A stretch of 64,000 bases of DNA from an uncultured Pelagibacteraceae bacterium (GCA_902614655.1 CACMLX010000005.1:2643-66642), one strand, 5' to 3'; shown: positions 29,617 to 43,322, numbered from the stretch's first letter. The notes: generated from the letters alone by a model not told the origin. Made by a program: numbers and translations.

Positions 29617-30939
29617 GTGAAAAAAATACTTTTATACATCGTAATAGCTCTTCATTTTTCATCTGTTTCATTTGCTATTATTGAAATTGATATTACTGAA
29701 GGTAATAGAGAACCTCTACCAATAGCCGTTACTGAATTTTTTCACGACACAGACAGTATTTTGGATGATCAAAATATATCATCAAGCATCCGTAAAGTTA
29801 TAGCTGATGACTTAGAGAGAAGTGGATTATTTTTATCTGTAGATGAAAATGCATTTATTCAAAAAAATAGGGCAATGCATTTAAATCCGCGTTTTGCAGA
29901 TTGGAGATTAATAAAGGCTCAGGGCCTATTAACAGGTGAGCTATCGATTGAAAATGAGAGACTTCGAGTAGAGTTCAGACTTTGGGATACACTAGCTGAG
30001 AAGGAAATAGAGGGACTTGTCCTAATTACGACAATAGAAAATTGGAGAAGAATTAGCCACATGATTGCAGATAAGGTATATGAGCGCCTTACTGGTGAGC
30101 AGGGTTATTTTGATACTAGAATAGTTTATGTTGCTGAAGAAGGACCTAAAAATAAACGTATTAAGAAACTTGCGATAATGGATCAGGATGGGGCAAATCA
30201 TAAATTTTTAACTACAGGTAAAGAGCTTGTTTTGACTCCAAGATTTAACCCAGTAAGACAAGAGATTACTTATTTATCATATTTTAAAAATCTTCCGCGT
30301 GTCTATTTGTTAAACATACAAACAGGTATCCAAGAAGTGGTTGGAGACTTTCCAGGTATGACATTTGCACCTCGTTTTTCTCCAGATGGAAATAAAATTA
30401 TCATGAGTTTAGCCAGAGAAGGTAACTCTGACATATATGTAATGGATCTAGTATCTAGAGTAGTTGAAAGGTTAACAGACAGCCCTGCAATTGATACATC
30501 ACCAAGTTATTCTCCAGACGGAAAGAGAATTACATTCAACTCTGATAGAGGTGGATCTCAACAAATTTATGTAATGGACAGTAATGGCAGAAACCAAAAA
30601 AGAATCTCAAAAGGAACAGGTAATTATGCAACACCTGTTTGGTCGCCACGAGGTGATCTTATTGCTTTTACAAAAAATTTTCAGGGACAATATTTTATTG
30701 GAGTGATGAGAACAGATGGAACTGGGGAGAGACTTTTAACAGAAAATTGGTATCAAGAGGCTCCTTCTTGGTCGTCTAATGGAAGAGTTTTGATATTTTA
30801 TAGAGAAACTAAGTCAGACGATGCAGGTCAGGGCCATTCCTCAGCAATTTGGTCAATTGATTTAACAGGATTTAATGAGAGAAAGCTTGAAACTCCAGTT
30901 GATGCATCAGATCCATCATGGTCGAAATTGATACAATAA
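29617..30939 (+). CDS. tolB: Tol-Pal system beta-propeller protein TolB
   Basis: Signal peptide, N-terminal TolB domain and repeated propeller blades ([32 protein letters not shown]); 440 aa; GTG start. Confidence 0.95.
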   Translation: MKKILLYIVIALHFSSVSFAIIEIDITEGNREPLPIAVTEFFHDTDSILDDQNISSSIRKVIADDLERSGLFLSVDENAFIQKNRAMHLNPRFADWRLIKAQGLLTGELSIENERLRVEFRLWDTLAEKEIEGLVLITTIENWRRISHMIADKVYERLTGEQGYFDTRIVYVAEEGPKNKRIKKLAIMDQDGANHKFLTTGKELVLTPRFNPVRQEITYLSYFKNLPRVYLLNIQTGIQEVVGDFPGMTFAPRFSPDGNKIIMSLAREGNSDIYVMDLVSRVVERLTDSPAIDTSPSYSPDGKRITFNSDRGGSQQIYVMDSNGRNQKRISKGTGNYATPVWSPRGDLIAFTKNFQGQYFIGVMRTDGTGERLLTENWYQEAPSWSSNGRVLIFYRETKSDDAGQGHSSAIWSIDLTGFNERKLETPVDASDPSWSKLIQ

Positions 30940-31060
30940 GCAATTTTTGTACTAAAATAAGACCATTTTAGTCAATTCGCAGCTATTTTATTATAGACTT
31001 GCATAACTTAAATTAATAAAGTACTAGGACTTGGGCGATCAAATATTACGGGAGTTTATA

Positions 31061-31582
31061 ATGTTATTAACATTTAAAAATTTAAATAGATTTGTAGTTC
31101 TATCTTTTGCGGCACTCATACTAGCTGCATGTACTACAACATCACAAGATACCGCATCTACATCATCATCATCATCAAGTTCGGCTTCTAAAGTTGAAGT
31201 TGTAGATGGAGTTTATGTTGGTGCTGATACAATAGAAATGCTTGCTGTTGATGTACCGGACAGAGTATTCTTTGCATATGATAGTTATTCACTAACAAGC
31301 GCAGCCCAAGCAACTTTAGCTAAACAAGCAAAGTGGTTAAAGGCAAATGGATCAGTTACTATTGCAATTGAAGGTCATGCCGATGAAAGGGGTACAAGGG
31401 AATATAACTTAGCCCTAGGTGATAGAAGAGCAAATGCAGCAAAAGATTATTTAATGACGCAAGGCATAAGCGCTAGTCGAATTACCACAATTAGTTTTGG
31501 TAAAGAAAGACCGGTTAACAGTGCATCTAATAATAAAGCATGGGCTCAAAATAGACGTTCTGTAACAGTAAGAACCAACTAA
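31061..31582 (+). CDS. pal: Peptidoglycan-associated lipoprotein Pal (OmpA-like)
   Basis: Lipobox LILAAC, poly-Ser linker and OmpA-C motif EGHADERGTREYNLALGDRRA...NRR. I start it at ATG 31061, preceded by GGGAG, rather than the listed TTG 31031. Confidence 0.9.
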   Translation: MLLTFKNLNRFVVLSFAALILAACTTTSQDTASTSSSSSSSASKVEVVDGVYVGADTIEMLAVDVPDRVFFAYDSYSLTSAAQATLAKQAKWLKANGSVTIAIEGHADERGTREYNLALGDRRANAAKDYLMTQGISASRITTISFGKERPVNSASNNKAWAQNRRSVTVRTN

Positions 31583-31653
31583 TTTATAATACGCCTTTTT
31601 TTAGACAAAAGATAAGCTTAATCTTTTAAATAAGGTTAAGTTTAGATAATGTA

Positions 31654-32688
31654 ATGTTCAAAAGAATTCAATTTATTTTCTTTTTTATTCTAATCTCTTT
31701 CACACAGATTATTCATGTTCAATCAGAAGAATTAGATCTAGATCAGTTGTTGCAAAAATTGGACTCAATAGAAAGTAGAATAAAGGTTCTTGAAAAGGCA
31801 ACGTTTAGCAAAACGACCTCTGGCGCTGGTAATAATGTCAGTCTTGATGATTATCAATCAATTATAACAAAACAATCTATTCAAATATCCGAATTACAAA
31901 ATGAAGTCCAATCACTGACAGCAAAAATTGAAGAAATGATATTTACAATGCAATCTACAGTAAATAATTTTAATACATTTAGAGAAGATACTGAATTTAG
32001 GTTTATCGATATAAATTCTAAAACTGAAAGTATAGAAAAAAATCAATTATCTATGGTGTTACCCAATAATGAAACACAAACTAATAACCTGGTAGATAAC
32101 ACAAGAGAGGCACTAAATTTGGAACCTCAGTCACTAGGAACAGTAAATGTTTCTTCAGAAGAGGAGTTATCTGCTTCACCATTTGAAATCAAAAATGTTG
32201 ATGAAGAGGAAGAGCAAGAAATAATTAATACCATTTCTCAGGATAATATTGTCGCTTTTGAAGAACAAGAAGTTGTACTAGCGGTACTGCCTGAAGGAGA
32301 TGAAAAAGGTCAATATGAATACGCAATGGGTCTCCTGAAGCAAGGTGACTATGAACTTGCTGAAAAAGCATTCCAAGAATTTATGGCTGTCGGAAACGAC
32401 TCCAGCCTTTTAAGCAATGCAAACTTTTGGCTAGCAGAAACTTATTATGTTAGAGAAAATTACAAAGACGCAGCTAAAAATTATTTAAGCCTATACCAAG
32501 TTTATCCAGACTCAAAGAAAGCCGCAGATGCACTTTTAAAACTCGGAATTTCTTTGGTTAACATGGACCAAAAGGAACAAGGGTGTGTAACTTTTATACA
32601 ATTAAAAGATACCTATCCAAATGCAAATACTGCTGTATTAAACAGGGGTAAATTAGAAATTGAAAAAAATGGCTGTGAAATTAGTTAA
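31654..32688 (+). CDS. cpoB: Cell division coordinator CpoB/YbgF (coiled coil + TPR)
   Basis: Signal peptide, N-terminal coiled coil and C-terminal TPR region (YEYAMGLLKQGDYELAEKAFQEF...WLAETYY...ALLKLG). Position after pal. Confidence 0.75.
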   Translation: MFKRIQFIFFFILISFTQIIHVQSEELDLDQLLQKLDSIESRIKVLEKATFSKTTSGAGNNVSLDDYQSIITKQSIQISELQNEVQSLTAKIEEMIFTMQSTVNNFNTFREDTEFRFIDINSKTESIEKNQLSMVLPNNETQTNNLVDNTREALNLEPQSLGTVNVSSEEELSASPFEIKNVDEEEEQEIINTISQDNIVAFEEQEVVLAVLPEGDEKGQYEYAMGLLKQGDYELAEKAFQEFMAVGNDSSLLSNANFWLAETYYVRENYKDAAKNYLSLYQVYPDSKKAADALLKLGISLVNMDQKEQGCVTFIQLKDTYPNANTAVLNRGKLEIEKNGCEIS

Positions 32689-33754
32689 GCCTATTAATCA
32701 TAAAAAAGTCGTAAAAATAACCAATCAAGATTTCGAAGCAAAGATGAAAGAGCTTCGAGTTAATTCAGATATTGCCGTAGCAGTTTCTGGTGGTCCAGAT
32801 AGTTTAGCACTCATGCATTTGTCTAATAGATATGCATTAAATAATAATATCAAACTAACTGTATTAAGCATCGATCATGGAATTAGAGTAGATTCATCAA
32901 AAGAAATTGTGTGGTTAGAAAAGATTGCAAAAAAGAATAAAATTAACTTCTACTCAACTAAATTAAAAAAAAAGATCAACAGCTCTAATACCCTCTCGAA
33001 GGCAAGGACACTTCGATATGAAGCCTTATCAAAATATTGTAACAAGAAAAAAATAAGATTTTTGTTAACAGCCCATCATCTTGATGATGAAATAGAAAAT
33101 TTTTTAATGAGATTAATAAGGGGGAGTGGAGTAAAAGGACTTTCATCATTGAAAGTTAAATCTAGATATAAGAATACAAATTTAATTTTAGTTAGGCCAT
33201 TACTCGAATACCCAAAAAAATCTCTTATTGCGTATTTATCAGAGAAAAAGCAAGCTTATATAAACGACAGAACAAATTATAATAATAAGTATGATAGGTC
33301 TCGTATTCGAAAGCTATCTCAACAATTAATACACGAAGGCCTAAGTAAAGTAAGGTTCAAAAACGTTTTGAAGAATTTAAAAAGTGCAGATATGGCAATA
33401 AATACTGCAGTTAGTAATTACTTAGAAGAACATGTAAAATTTAATCAAAAGAAAATTATTAGTTTCAAGTCTAATGAATTTATTAACTTACCCGAGGAAA
33501 TCCAACATAGAGTACTTGTAAAACTTTGCAGATTTGCTGGAAAAAGCATTAAAGTGCCTAGATCGCGATCAATACAAGAATTGATATATTCAATTGTGAA
33601 AGAAAAAAGTTTTAAGCGTACATTAAACAGCTGCACATTTGTTGGAAAGAAGGGAGTTGTAAATATTCAGCCTGAGAACAGCAGAGCTAAATCTAATAAG
33701 ACTGAAAATTTGGCTATTTCTAAAAATTGGATAAAATTTATCGAGCATTACTAG
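32660..33754 (+). CDS. tilS: tRNA(Ile)-lysidine synthetase
   Basis: PP-loop AVAVSGGPDSLAL and TAHHLDDEIENFLMRLIRG. The start is uncertain (TTG 32660, ATG 32669 or an internal ATG); it overlaps the cpoB end. Confidence 0.85.
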   Translation: MKKMAVKLVKPINHKKVVKITNQDFEAKMKELRVNSDIAVAVSGGPDSLALMHLSNRYALNNNIKLTVLSIDHGIRVDSSKEIVWLEKIAKKNKINFYSTKLKKKINSSNTLSKARTLRYEALSKYCNKKKIRFLLTAHHLDDEIENFLMRLIRGSGVKGLSSLKVKSRYKNTNLILVRPLLEYPKKSLIAYLSEKKQAYINDRTNYNNKYDRSRIRKLSQQLIHEGLSKVRFKNVLKNLKSADMAINTAVSNYLEEHVKFNQKKIISFKSNEFINLPEEIQHRVLVKLCRFAGKSIKVPRSRSIQELIYSIVKEKSFKRTLNSCTFVGKKGVVNIQPENSRAKSNKTENLAISKNWIKFIEHY

Positions 33755-33846
33755 ACTAAGCTATTGAATATAATGTTAAATTTTATTGATATATTTTCTT
33801 GTATGCTGAAAAATAGTAATTATCTAATATTATCAATATCTTTATT

Positions 33847-35760
33847 ATGATGAATTTACGAAATATAGTTCTTTGGCTCTTTATAGCTTTAATCGTTTTT
33901 GGACTGTTTAATCTATTTAGCAACACCAGTGGTGAAAGAAATACTGTTGATTTAACTTACTCACAATTCTTAGATGAAGTTGAAGCTGGCTCAATCAAAG
34001 ATGTTATTATTCGAGGTAATAATATCAACGGAGCTTATGAAGATGGTAGATCCTTTAAGACCTATGCCGCTAATGACCCAACACTCGTTGATAGACTTAA
34101 TGATAGAGGTGTAAACATTTCAGCCGCGCCACTGGATGACGGCTATCCGTCACTTCTTGGAGTTCTAATTTCCTGGTTCCCAATGCTTTTACTTATTGGT
34201 GTATGGATTTTCTTCATGCGTCAAATGCAAGGTGGAAGAGGTGGAGCAATGGGGTTTGGTAGATCCAAAGCCAAATTACTAACTGAAAATAAAAATAAAG
34301 TTACTTTTAATGATGTAGCTGGAATAGATGAAGCAAAAGAGGAGCTCGTTGAAATTGTTGAATTTTTAAAAGATCCTAGAAAATTTCAAAAACTTGGTGG
34401 CAGAATTCCAAAAGGTGCCTTACTAATTGGCCCTCCTGGAACAGGAAAGACATTGCTAGCCAGAGCAGTCGCTGGGGAAGCCGGCGTACCTTTCTTTACA
34501 ATCTCGGGTTCTGATTTTGTTGAAATGTTTGTTGGTGTTGGAGCTTCTCGAGTAAGGGATATGTTCGAGCAGGGAAGAAGAAACGCCCCATGTATAATTT
34601 TCATTGATGAAATTGATGCAGTTGGCAGAAGCCGTGGAGCAGGCCTTGGTGGTGGAAATGATGAGAGAGAACAAACACTTAATCAGATTTTAGTTGAGAT
34701 GGATGGATTTGATACTCAGGAAGGTATTATTTTGGTTGCCGCAACTAACAGACCAGATGTACTTGATCCGGCTCTATTAAGACCGGGTCGTTTTGACAGG
34801 CAGGTTGTTGTTCCTAATCCAGACATCTTAGGCAGAGAAGCAATTTTGAAAGTTCATATTAAAAAAATCTCAGTCGCGCCTGATGTAGATATTAGAACAA
34901 TAGCAAGGGGAACACCCGGTTTTTCTGGCGCAGATCTAGCTAACATTGTAAATGAAGCAGCATTGTTGGCAGCAAGAAAAAATAAGAAAATTGTTACTAT
35001 GGTAGATTTTGAGGAAGCGAAAGATAAAGTAATGATGGGGTCAGAAAGAAGATCTCTTGTTATGAGTCAAGAGGAAAAGGAACTTACCGCTTACCACGAA
35101 GGAGGTCACGCTGTTGTTGCATTAAATCAATCCGCTTCAGATCCAATACATAAAGCTACAATAATACCAAGAGGCAGAGCTCTTGGAATGGTAATGAGGT
35201 TACCCGAGAGAGACCAATTATCTTTACCTAGGGAAAAAATGTTAGCAGATATCACAGTTGCTATGGGCGGTAGAGTTGCTGAAGAAATAATCTTTGGTGA
35301 CAAAAAAGTTACTTCTGGTGCTTCATCAGACATCGAAATGGCAACTAAGATGGCTAGAAATATGGTGACAAAATTTGGAATGAGCGAAAAATTAGGACCA
35401 TTACAATATGGTGAAAATGAGGAAGAAGTATTTTTAGGAAGATCAGTACAAAGACATCAAAATGTGTCTGAAGAAACAGCTAAACTAATAGACTCAGAGA
35501 TAAGGCAAATTGTTGATAGCTGTTATGATTTAGCAAAGAAAATTTTAAATGAAAAAATAGACGATTTGCATGCTCTCGCAAAAGGTTTAATTGAATATGA
35601 AACTTTAAATGGAGATGAAATAACTACATTATTAAAAGAGGGTAAGATTGACAGATCTAATCCCGAAGAAGAGATTAATAATGCTGGACCATCTGTTCCT
35701 AAAAGTGGTAAATCAGCTCCCGTTGGTCCTAGTTTCAAGCCTAAACCTCAAACAAGTTAA
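33847..35760 (+). CDS. ftsH: ATP-dependent zinc metalloprotease FtsH
   Basis: Walker [12 protein letters not shown], Walker [13 protein letters not shown] region [19 protein letters not shown] and zinc site HEGGHA; 637 aa. Confidence 0.97.
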   Translation: MMNLRNIVLWLFIALIVFGLFNLFSNTSGERNTVDLTYSQFLDEVEAGSIKDVIIRGNNINGAYEDGRSFKTYAANDPTLVDRLNDRGVNISAAPLDDGYPSLLGVLISWFPMLLLIGVWIFFMRQMQGGRGGAMGFGRSKAKLLTENKNKVTFNDVAGIDEAKEELVEIVEFLKDPRKFQKLGGRIPKGALLIGPPGTGKTLLARAVAGEAGVPFFTISGSDFVEMFVGVGASRVRDMFEQGRRNAPCIIFIDEIDAVGRSRGAGLGGGNDEREQTLNQILVEMDGFDTQEGIILVAATNRPDVLDPALLRPGRFDRQVVVPNPDILGREAILKVHIKKISVAPDVDIRTIARGTPGFSGADLANIVNEAALLAARKNKKIVTMVDFEEAKDKVMMGSERRSLVMSQEEKELTAYHEGGHAVVALNQSASDPIHKATIIPRGRALGMVMRLPERDQLSLPREKMLADITVAMGGRVAEEIIFGDKKVTSGASSDIEMATKMARNMVTKFGMSEKLGPLQYGENEEEVFLGRSVQRHQNVSEETAKLIDSEIRQIVDSCYDLAKKILNEKIDDLHALAKGLIEYETLNGDEITTLLKEGKIDRSNPEEEINNAGPSVPKSGKSAPVGPSFKPKPQTS

Positions 35761-35769
35761 CTAATTACA

Positions 35770-36825
35770 GTGTCCCTTGTGCGTAATTCGAATAGATATT
35801 ACGTACGACCAATATTTAGTAAAATAAAAACAAAAGACTCACTTTTTCTTGGGTCCTCTAAATTATTCTTTAATGAAATTGAATTAATAACAAGAGGCAA
35901 AACCAAGACTCGATCAAAGTTTCTAAAAATTAATGAAATAAAATATTTGGAACCTGATATTCAGAGAAATATAAATAAAAAAATTTCAAATCTTACAAAG
36001 AAAAGAAAAAAATTAGGAAAGTTTAACTTTGAAAGATCACTTGTGATGGGTATTCTTAATGTAACACCTGATAGTTTTTTTGACGGTGGAAAATATTTAT
36101 TACGCGATAATGCAATTGATCAGTTTAAAAAACTAATTAAAGAAGGCGCAGATATAATTGATATTGGCGGAGAGTCAACAAGGCCTGGATCAAAAGAAAT
36201 TACAGTTAAAGAGGAAATTAGCCGAATTATTCCAATAATTTCTCAAATCAGAAAAAAATATAAGAAAGAATTTATCTCGGTAGATACAAGAAAATCTCAT
36301 GTTATGAAAGAAGCATGTAAATTTAATATAAATCTTATAAATGATGTTTCAGGACTTAGATTTGATAAAAATTCAAAAAAATTTTTAAAATCGACTAAAA
36401 TTCCTTTTATTTTAATGCATTCAATTTCAACTCCTGAAAAGATGCAAAAAAATATAAAGTACAAAGATGTACTTCTTGATATTTATGATTTCTTTGAAAA
36501 GCAAATCAGTCTATGTGAGAAAAATGGCATATCTAAAAGCCGAATTATAATAGACCCTGGAATTGGTTTTGGTAAAACTTTGCAACAAAATTTGAAACTA
36601 ATTTCAAACATCGCATTGTTTCATTCCTTAGGCCTACCTGTGCTGTTGGGAAGCTCTCGAAAAAGTTTTATTGGCAAGATTGAAAAAAATGAATTATACG
36701 AAGATCGATTAGGTGGTTCAATAGCAACAGTTTTGCATGGATTAGCTGAAGGAGTTCAAATATTTAGGGTGCACGATGTTTATTCAACAAAACAATCAAT
36801 TAAGGTTTATTCTAAAATAAAATGA
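35770..36825 (+). CDS. folP: Dihydropteroate synthase with an unusual N-terminal extension of about 90 aa
   Basis: Core starts at MGILNVTPDSFFDGG, then DIGGESTRPG and DPGIGFGK. The listed ORF starts at GTG 35770, 92 codons upstream of the core, with no in-frame stop. Confidence 0.85.
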   Translation: MSLVRNSNRYYVRPIFSKIKTKDSLFLGSSKLFFNEIELITRGKTKTRSKFLKINEIKYLEPDIQRNINKKISNLTKKRKKLGKFNFERSLVMGILNVTPDSFFDGGKYLLRDNAIDQFKKLIKEGADIIDIGGESTRPGSKEITVKEEISRIIPIISQIRKKYKKEFISVDTRKSHVMKEACKFNINLINDVSGLRFDKNSKKFLKSTKIPFILMHSISTPEKMQKNIKYKDVLLDIYDFFEKQISLCEKNGISKSRIIIDPGIGFGKTLQQNLKLISNIALFHSLGLPVLLGSSRKSFIGKIEKNELYEDRLGGSIATVLHGLAEGVQIFRVHDVYSTKQSIKVYSKIK

Positions 36826-38153
36826 AAAAGTTTTTTGGAACAGATGGAGTAAGAGCAAGTTCAAATAGTCAAAAACTTAATGGCCTGACGCTTATGAAAC
36901 TTGGAATGGCGCTAGGTAAACACTTTACTGTTGGAGAACATCGTCACAAGGTCGTTATTGGTAAAGATACAAGACTATCAGGATATATGATTGAACAGGC
37001 ATTAACCTCTGGATTATTATCTATGGGAATGGATGTCTTTCTTTTTGGGCCCATACCTACACCCGCAGTTGCAATGTTGACAAAATCTATGCGAGCAGAC
37101 TTAGGGATAATGATAACCGCTTCACACAACCAATATCAAGATAATGGTATTAAAATATTTGATAAAAATGGAAATAAATTATCAGACAAAACTGAAATTG
37201 AAATAGAGTCTCTTATGGAGTCTGAATTGGAAAATTCATTAGCGGGTCCAGAAAAAATAGGCAGAGCAAAAAGACTCGAAGATGCAAATGGTAGATATAT
37301 AGAATTCCTTAAAGGTACTTTTCCTAAATCACAACGGCTTGATGGTCTTAAAATTGTAATAGATTGTGCAAATGGGGCTTCTTATATTTCTGCACCTTTA
37401 ATTTTATGGGAGCTTGGTGCAGAAGTTATTCAAATAGCTACTCAACCAAATGGAACTAATATAAATTTCGAATGTGGGTCTACTAATACCAATAAACTTG
37501 CTAAAAAAGTATTAGAAGAGAAGGCTGATATTGGTATTGCCTTAGATGGCGATGGTGATCGATTGGTTGTTATTGATGAAAAAGGACATTTAGTCAATGG
37601 CGACCAGATACTGGCATTACTAGCTATTGAAATGTCAAAAGGTAAAAAATTAAAAAATAATAATGTAGTTGGCACTTCAATGGCAAACATGGGCCTAGAA
37701 ACTTTATTAAAGAAACATAACATTGGGTTAATCAGGGCAAAAGTTGGTGATCGATATGTAAAAGAAAAAATGATTTCAGAAGATTTAAATTTAGGCGGTG
37801 AACAATCTGGACATATAATTTTACGTGATTTTACTTCATCAGGAGATGGAATAGTAGTTGCTCTTCAAGTTCTATCTATCTTAAGTAGAAAAAAAGGAAA
37901 AGCCAGTGACTGCCTTCATTTATTCAGTCCTCTACCACAAAACCTGATTAGTTTCCCCGTAAAAGAAAGAAATATTTTAGATCACGAGGATACGAAATTA
38001 TTTATCAAATCTTGTGAAGAAAAAGTTTCAGAAGATGGAAGAATCGTAGTTAGAATGTCTGGTACTGAACCTCTTTTAAGAGTTATGATTGAAAGTGGAA
38101 ATCAGCATACAATTGATGAATTAACTGAAAGCGTAACAAAATATTTTTCATAA
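36822..38153 (+). CDS. glmM: Phosphoglucosamine mutase
   Basis: FGTDGVRA, phosphoserine loop TASHNQYQDNGIK, metal site DGDGDR and GEQSGH; 443 aa. Confidence 0.95.
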   Translation: MKKFFGTDGVRASSNSQKLNGLTLMKLGMALGKHFTVGEHRHKVVIGKDTRLSGYMIEQALTSGLLSMGMDVFLFGPIPTPAVAMLTKSMRADLGIMITASHNQYQDNGIKIFDKNGNKLSDKTEIEIESLMESELENSLAGPEKIGRAKRLEDANGRYIEFLKGTFPKSQRLDGLKIVIDCANGASYISAPLILWELGAEVIQIATQPNGTNINFECGSTNTNKLAKKVLEEKADIGIALDGDGDRLVVIDEKGHLVNGDQILALLAIEMSKGKKLKNNNVVGTSMANMGLETLLKKHNIGLIRAKVGDRYVKEKMISEDLNLGGEQSGHIILRDFTSSGDGIVVALQVLSILSRKKGKASDCLHLFSPLPQNLISFPVKERNILDHEDTKLFIKSCEEKVSEDGRIVVRMSGTEPLLRVMIESGNQHTIDELTESVTKYFS

Positions 38154-38167
38154 AATATAGGCATTAA

Positions 38168-40344
<2,177 letters not shown>

Positions 40345-40375
40345 AATATGGTTACTTTTTTCTAGAAATCAATGT

Positions 40376-41368
40376 TCAGCTTTTAATTGAATTTACCAAT
40401 TTGCTCAAGTAATCCGGCATAACAGACTGAAAATGAAGCATTTTTTCTTTTTTAGGATGAAGAAACCCAAGAGATTGCGCATGCAGAGCCTGTCCTGGCA
40501 ACATTTTAATCGATTGAACCGTGCTTTCTGAAAGTGATTTTAGTTTACTTTGAGGCGATCGCCCATAAGTACGGTCTCCTATGAGTGGATTTCCCTTTTC
40601 TGTTAGATGCACTCTTATTTGATGAGTTCTTCCGGTTTCTAAGCGACATTCTAATACTGTGGCAACAATTTGATTTTTTTTGTTCTTTAAATTTTCAAGT
40701 GTCTTGTAATGAGTGATAGCAACCTTACCTCTACTCACAGAACTCATCATTTTTGTTCTATTCCTATTACTTCTAGATAAGAGTGACTTAATTTTTCCAT
40801 TTGCTGGTGAGATTTTGTTCCAGCATACAGCAATATAAACTCTTTCGATAGAGTGAGCAGCAAATTGGTCAGATAAATGTTTATGAGTAAAATCATTTTT
40901 AGCTATTACAACCAGTCCACTCGTATCTTTATCAATTCGATGAACTATTCCTGGCCTTTGAGCATCACCTACAAATTTTAATTCATCTCCACAATGATTG
41001 ATCAAAGCATTAACAATTGTACCTGTCTTATTTCCAGCACCGGGGTGCATTACAATACCTGCAGGTTTATTGATAACTATCAAATCCTTATCTTCATAAA
41101 TAATATTTAATTTTATGTTTTCACCAATTATTGGTGTCTCATTTGCTAATTTTATATTCACTGAAATATGATCGCCTAATGAGATCTTATAATCAGGATC
41201 TACAATATTATTATTTACTGTAATATTGGAGGACTTTATTAATTGAATTATTTTAGACCTACTAAATTCTTTCAAATTTAAAGCAATATATTTGTCTATA
41301 CGTTGGCCTACTTGCTTCTTATGGTTGACTTTATATTGATAGAACATTATGAGATAACGATGTACCAA
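40376..41368 (-). CDS. rluD: 23S rRNA pseudouridine synthase RluD family
   Basis: S4 domain (QRIDKYI...SRSKIIQLI), catalytic HRIDKDTSG and RTHQIRVH. The start may be the second ATG at 41347. Confidence 0.9.
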   Translation of the reverse strand: MVHRYLIMFYQYKVNHKKQVGQRIDKYIALNLKEFSRSKIIQLIKSSNITVNNNIVDPDYKISLGDHISVNIKLANETPIIGENIKLNIIYEDKDLIVINKPAGIVMHPGAGNKTGTIVNALINHCGDELKFVGDAQRPGIVHRIDKDTSGLVVIAKNDFTHKHLSDQFAAHSIERVYIAVCWNKISPANGKIKSLLSRSNRNRTKMMSSVSRGKVAITHYKTLENLKNKKNQIVATVLECRLETGRTHQIRVHLTEKGNPLIGDRTYGRSPQSKLKSLSESTVQSIKMLPGQALHAQSLGFLHPKKEKMLHFQSVMPDYLSKLVNSIKS

Positions 41369-41647
41369 AAAATTATGTTATTTATAGTTATATTTCTCGG
41401 AATTGTAATTTTAATTGGTACCACGATTGTTATTACTACTATTATTGAGCGATCATACAAGATTGATTTTTTTACTTCCACTGATAATTCTGAGAAGGAT
41501 ATAAATATTGAAAAAAAATGTGATCTTGTGGGTGAAAAAACTAAAGTTATTTCTCTAAGTGAGGACAAATTAGCTATTATTTGTGAGGGTCGTGTTGAGG
41601 TAATAAATTTATCTAATAATCAAGTAGAAAAAGTAGTTAACTACTAG
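41360..41647 (+). CDS. Hypothetical single-TM protein
   Basis: I start it at ATG 41360 (MYQKIMLFIVIFLGIVILIG...), giving 95 aa. The listed 41303 start would run antisense through the rluD 5' end. Confidence 0.4.
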   Translation: MYQKIMLFIVIFLGIVILIGTTIVITTIIERSYKIDFFTSTDNSEKDINIEKKCDLVGEKTKVISLSEDKLAIICEGRVEVINLSNNQVEKVVNY

Positions 41648-43293
41648 CTTGCTCTATAAAAACTGGTCTCTACATCAGGTAAAGTTTCTTTTTTGAGGAT
41701 GTGATCAGATGCCTTTTCAGCGATCATCACAGTTGTTGCATTGAGATTTCCTGTAATGATATTTGGCATTATTGAAGCATCTACAACTCTTAAATTTTCA
41801 ATCCCATAAACTTTGAGCTCTTCATCGACAACAGATAACTCATCTTTTCCCATCTTGCATGTACAAGAAGGATGATAAGCAGTATCACCTTTATTTTTAA
41901 TGAATTCATTTAAATCACCCTCAGAGCTTGAATTTATTCCAGGGTTAATTTCTTTTCCTCGATATTTATCAAAAGCTTTTTGATGAAAAATTTCCCTTGC
42001 AATTTTAATACCATCTCTCATTTCTTTTAAATCATGCTCTGTCTGCATATAATTAAACTGTATAGCGGGTGAAGCTGAGGGATTGTTTGACTTTAATTTG
42101 ACATGTCCTCTACTTGTTGGCCTCATTGGTCCTACATGCGCTTGAAAAGAATGAGAGCTTGGAGATTGTCTTCCATGATCCAATACAAGCGATGGAAAGA
42201 AGTGATACTGAATATTAGGATAATCAACCATATCATTACTTCTCACGAAGCCGCCTGTCTCTAAGTTTGAATATGCTGCCACTCCAGATTTAAAAATAAA
42301 CCACTCTATCCCTATGAATGCCATTCTTATTGGATTATATGATGTGTAAAGTGTAACGGGCTTTGTACACTCATATTGTAAATAAGTTTCAAGATGATCT
42401 TGTAAATTTTCACCTACACCTCTTAGGTCATGTTGAACAGAAATATCTAATTTTTTTAGTTCTTCAGCATTTCCTATACCTGAAAGCATTAGAAGTTGAG
42501 GTGAATTTATTGCTCCAGCTGATAATATCACTTCATTTTCAGCATGTATTTTTTTTCTCTCTCTTCCTGTAGTACATTCAACCCCAACGGCTTTATTATT
42601 TTCAATGATAACTTTGTTTACTATTGTGTTTGTAAAGACGGTAAGATTTCTTCTGTTAATAACTGGATGCAAGTAAGTTACACTCGTACTTTGTCTTCTG
42701 CCTCCATAAATAGTGGTGTCCATTAGACCAAATCCCTCTTGCTTATATCCATTCATGTCATTATTTATCTCATAGCCGGCTTGTTCTGCCGCTTCTAGGT
42801 AGACTTTACTCAATTCACTGCCTTCCGAAGATCGAGATAGTTTTAAAGGACCGCTTTTATTCCTATAAGTTTCATCTAATCCTTCAATTGACTCTGATTT
42901 TTTAAAATACGGAAGAACATTATTATAATTCCATGACTTAAGATCTTTTTGAGCCCAGTTTTCAAAATCCATTGGATTTCCTCTTACATGAACCATACCG
43001 TTGTGTGATGAACTTCCTCCCAACATCTTTCCTCTTGGGCAAAACATTTTTCTATTGTTCATGAACGGTTCAGGCTCAGTTTCGTATAAATAATTATATT
43101 TTGGGTCATGCATTGTGTATAATAAAGCTGCTGGCATTGAGGTTTTCCAAGTTTTATCTGATGGACCTGACTCTATTAATAATACATTTATCTCTGGATT
43201 AGTTGAAAGTCTATTTGCCAGAACACAACCCGCACTTCCGGCACCAATAATAATATAATTATAAGAATTAAATTGCATAACTAATTTTACCAA
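41644..43293 (-). CDS. GMC-family FAD oxidoreductase, choline dehydrogenase-like
   Basis: N-terminal YIIIGAGSAGCVLANRLS, GMC signatures GGSSSHNGMVHVRG and SGIGNAEEL, C-terminal HPSCTCKMG; 549 aa. Confidence 0.85.
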   Translation of the reverse strand: MVKLVMQFNSYNYIIIGAGSAGCVLANRLSTNPEINVLLIESGPSDKTWKTSMPAALLYTMHDPKYNYLYETEPEPFMNNRKMFCPRGKMLGGSSSHNGMVHVRGNPMDFENWAQKDLKSWNYNNVLPYFKKSESIEGLDETYRNKSGPLKLSRSSEGSELSKVYLEAAEQAGYEINNDMNGYKQEGFGLMDTTIYGGRRQSTSVTYLHPVINRRNLTVFTNTIVNKVIIENNKAVGVECTTGRERKKIHAENEVILSAGAINSPQLLMLSGIGNAEELKKLDISVQHDLRGVGENLQDHLETYLQYECTKPVTLYTSYNPIRMAFIGIEWFIFKSGVAAYSNLETGGFVRSNDMVDYPNIQYHFFPSLVLDHGRQSPSSHSFQAHVGPMRPTSRGHVKLKSNNPSASPAIQFNYMQTEHDLKEMRDGIKIAREIFHQKAFDKYRGKEINPGINSSSEGDLNEFIKNKGDTAYHPSCTCKMGKDELSVVDEELKVYGIENLRVVDASIMPNIITGNLNATTVMIAEKASDHILKKETLPDVETSFYRAS

Positions 43294-43322
43294 AGTTTAT
43301 AATTATAGTACAACATAAGCTT

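Noticed and set aside
31160-31178. (TCA)5 microsatellite
   Set aside because: It encodes the poly-Ser linker after the Pal lipobox. It is in frame, short and typical of lipoprotein linkers, with no evidence for phase variation.
43294-43322. TATAATTATA palindrome between the GMC oxidoreductase and EamA genes
   Set aside because: This is a pure A/T 10-mer in a spacer of about 20% GC and is expected by chance. It more likely just forms -10-like promoter sequence.
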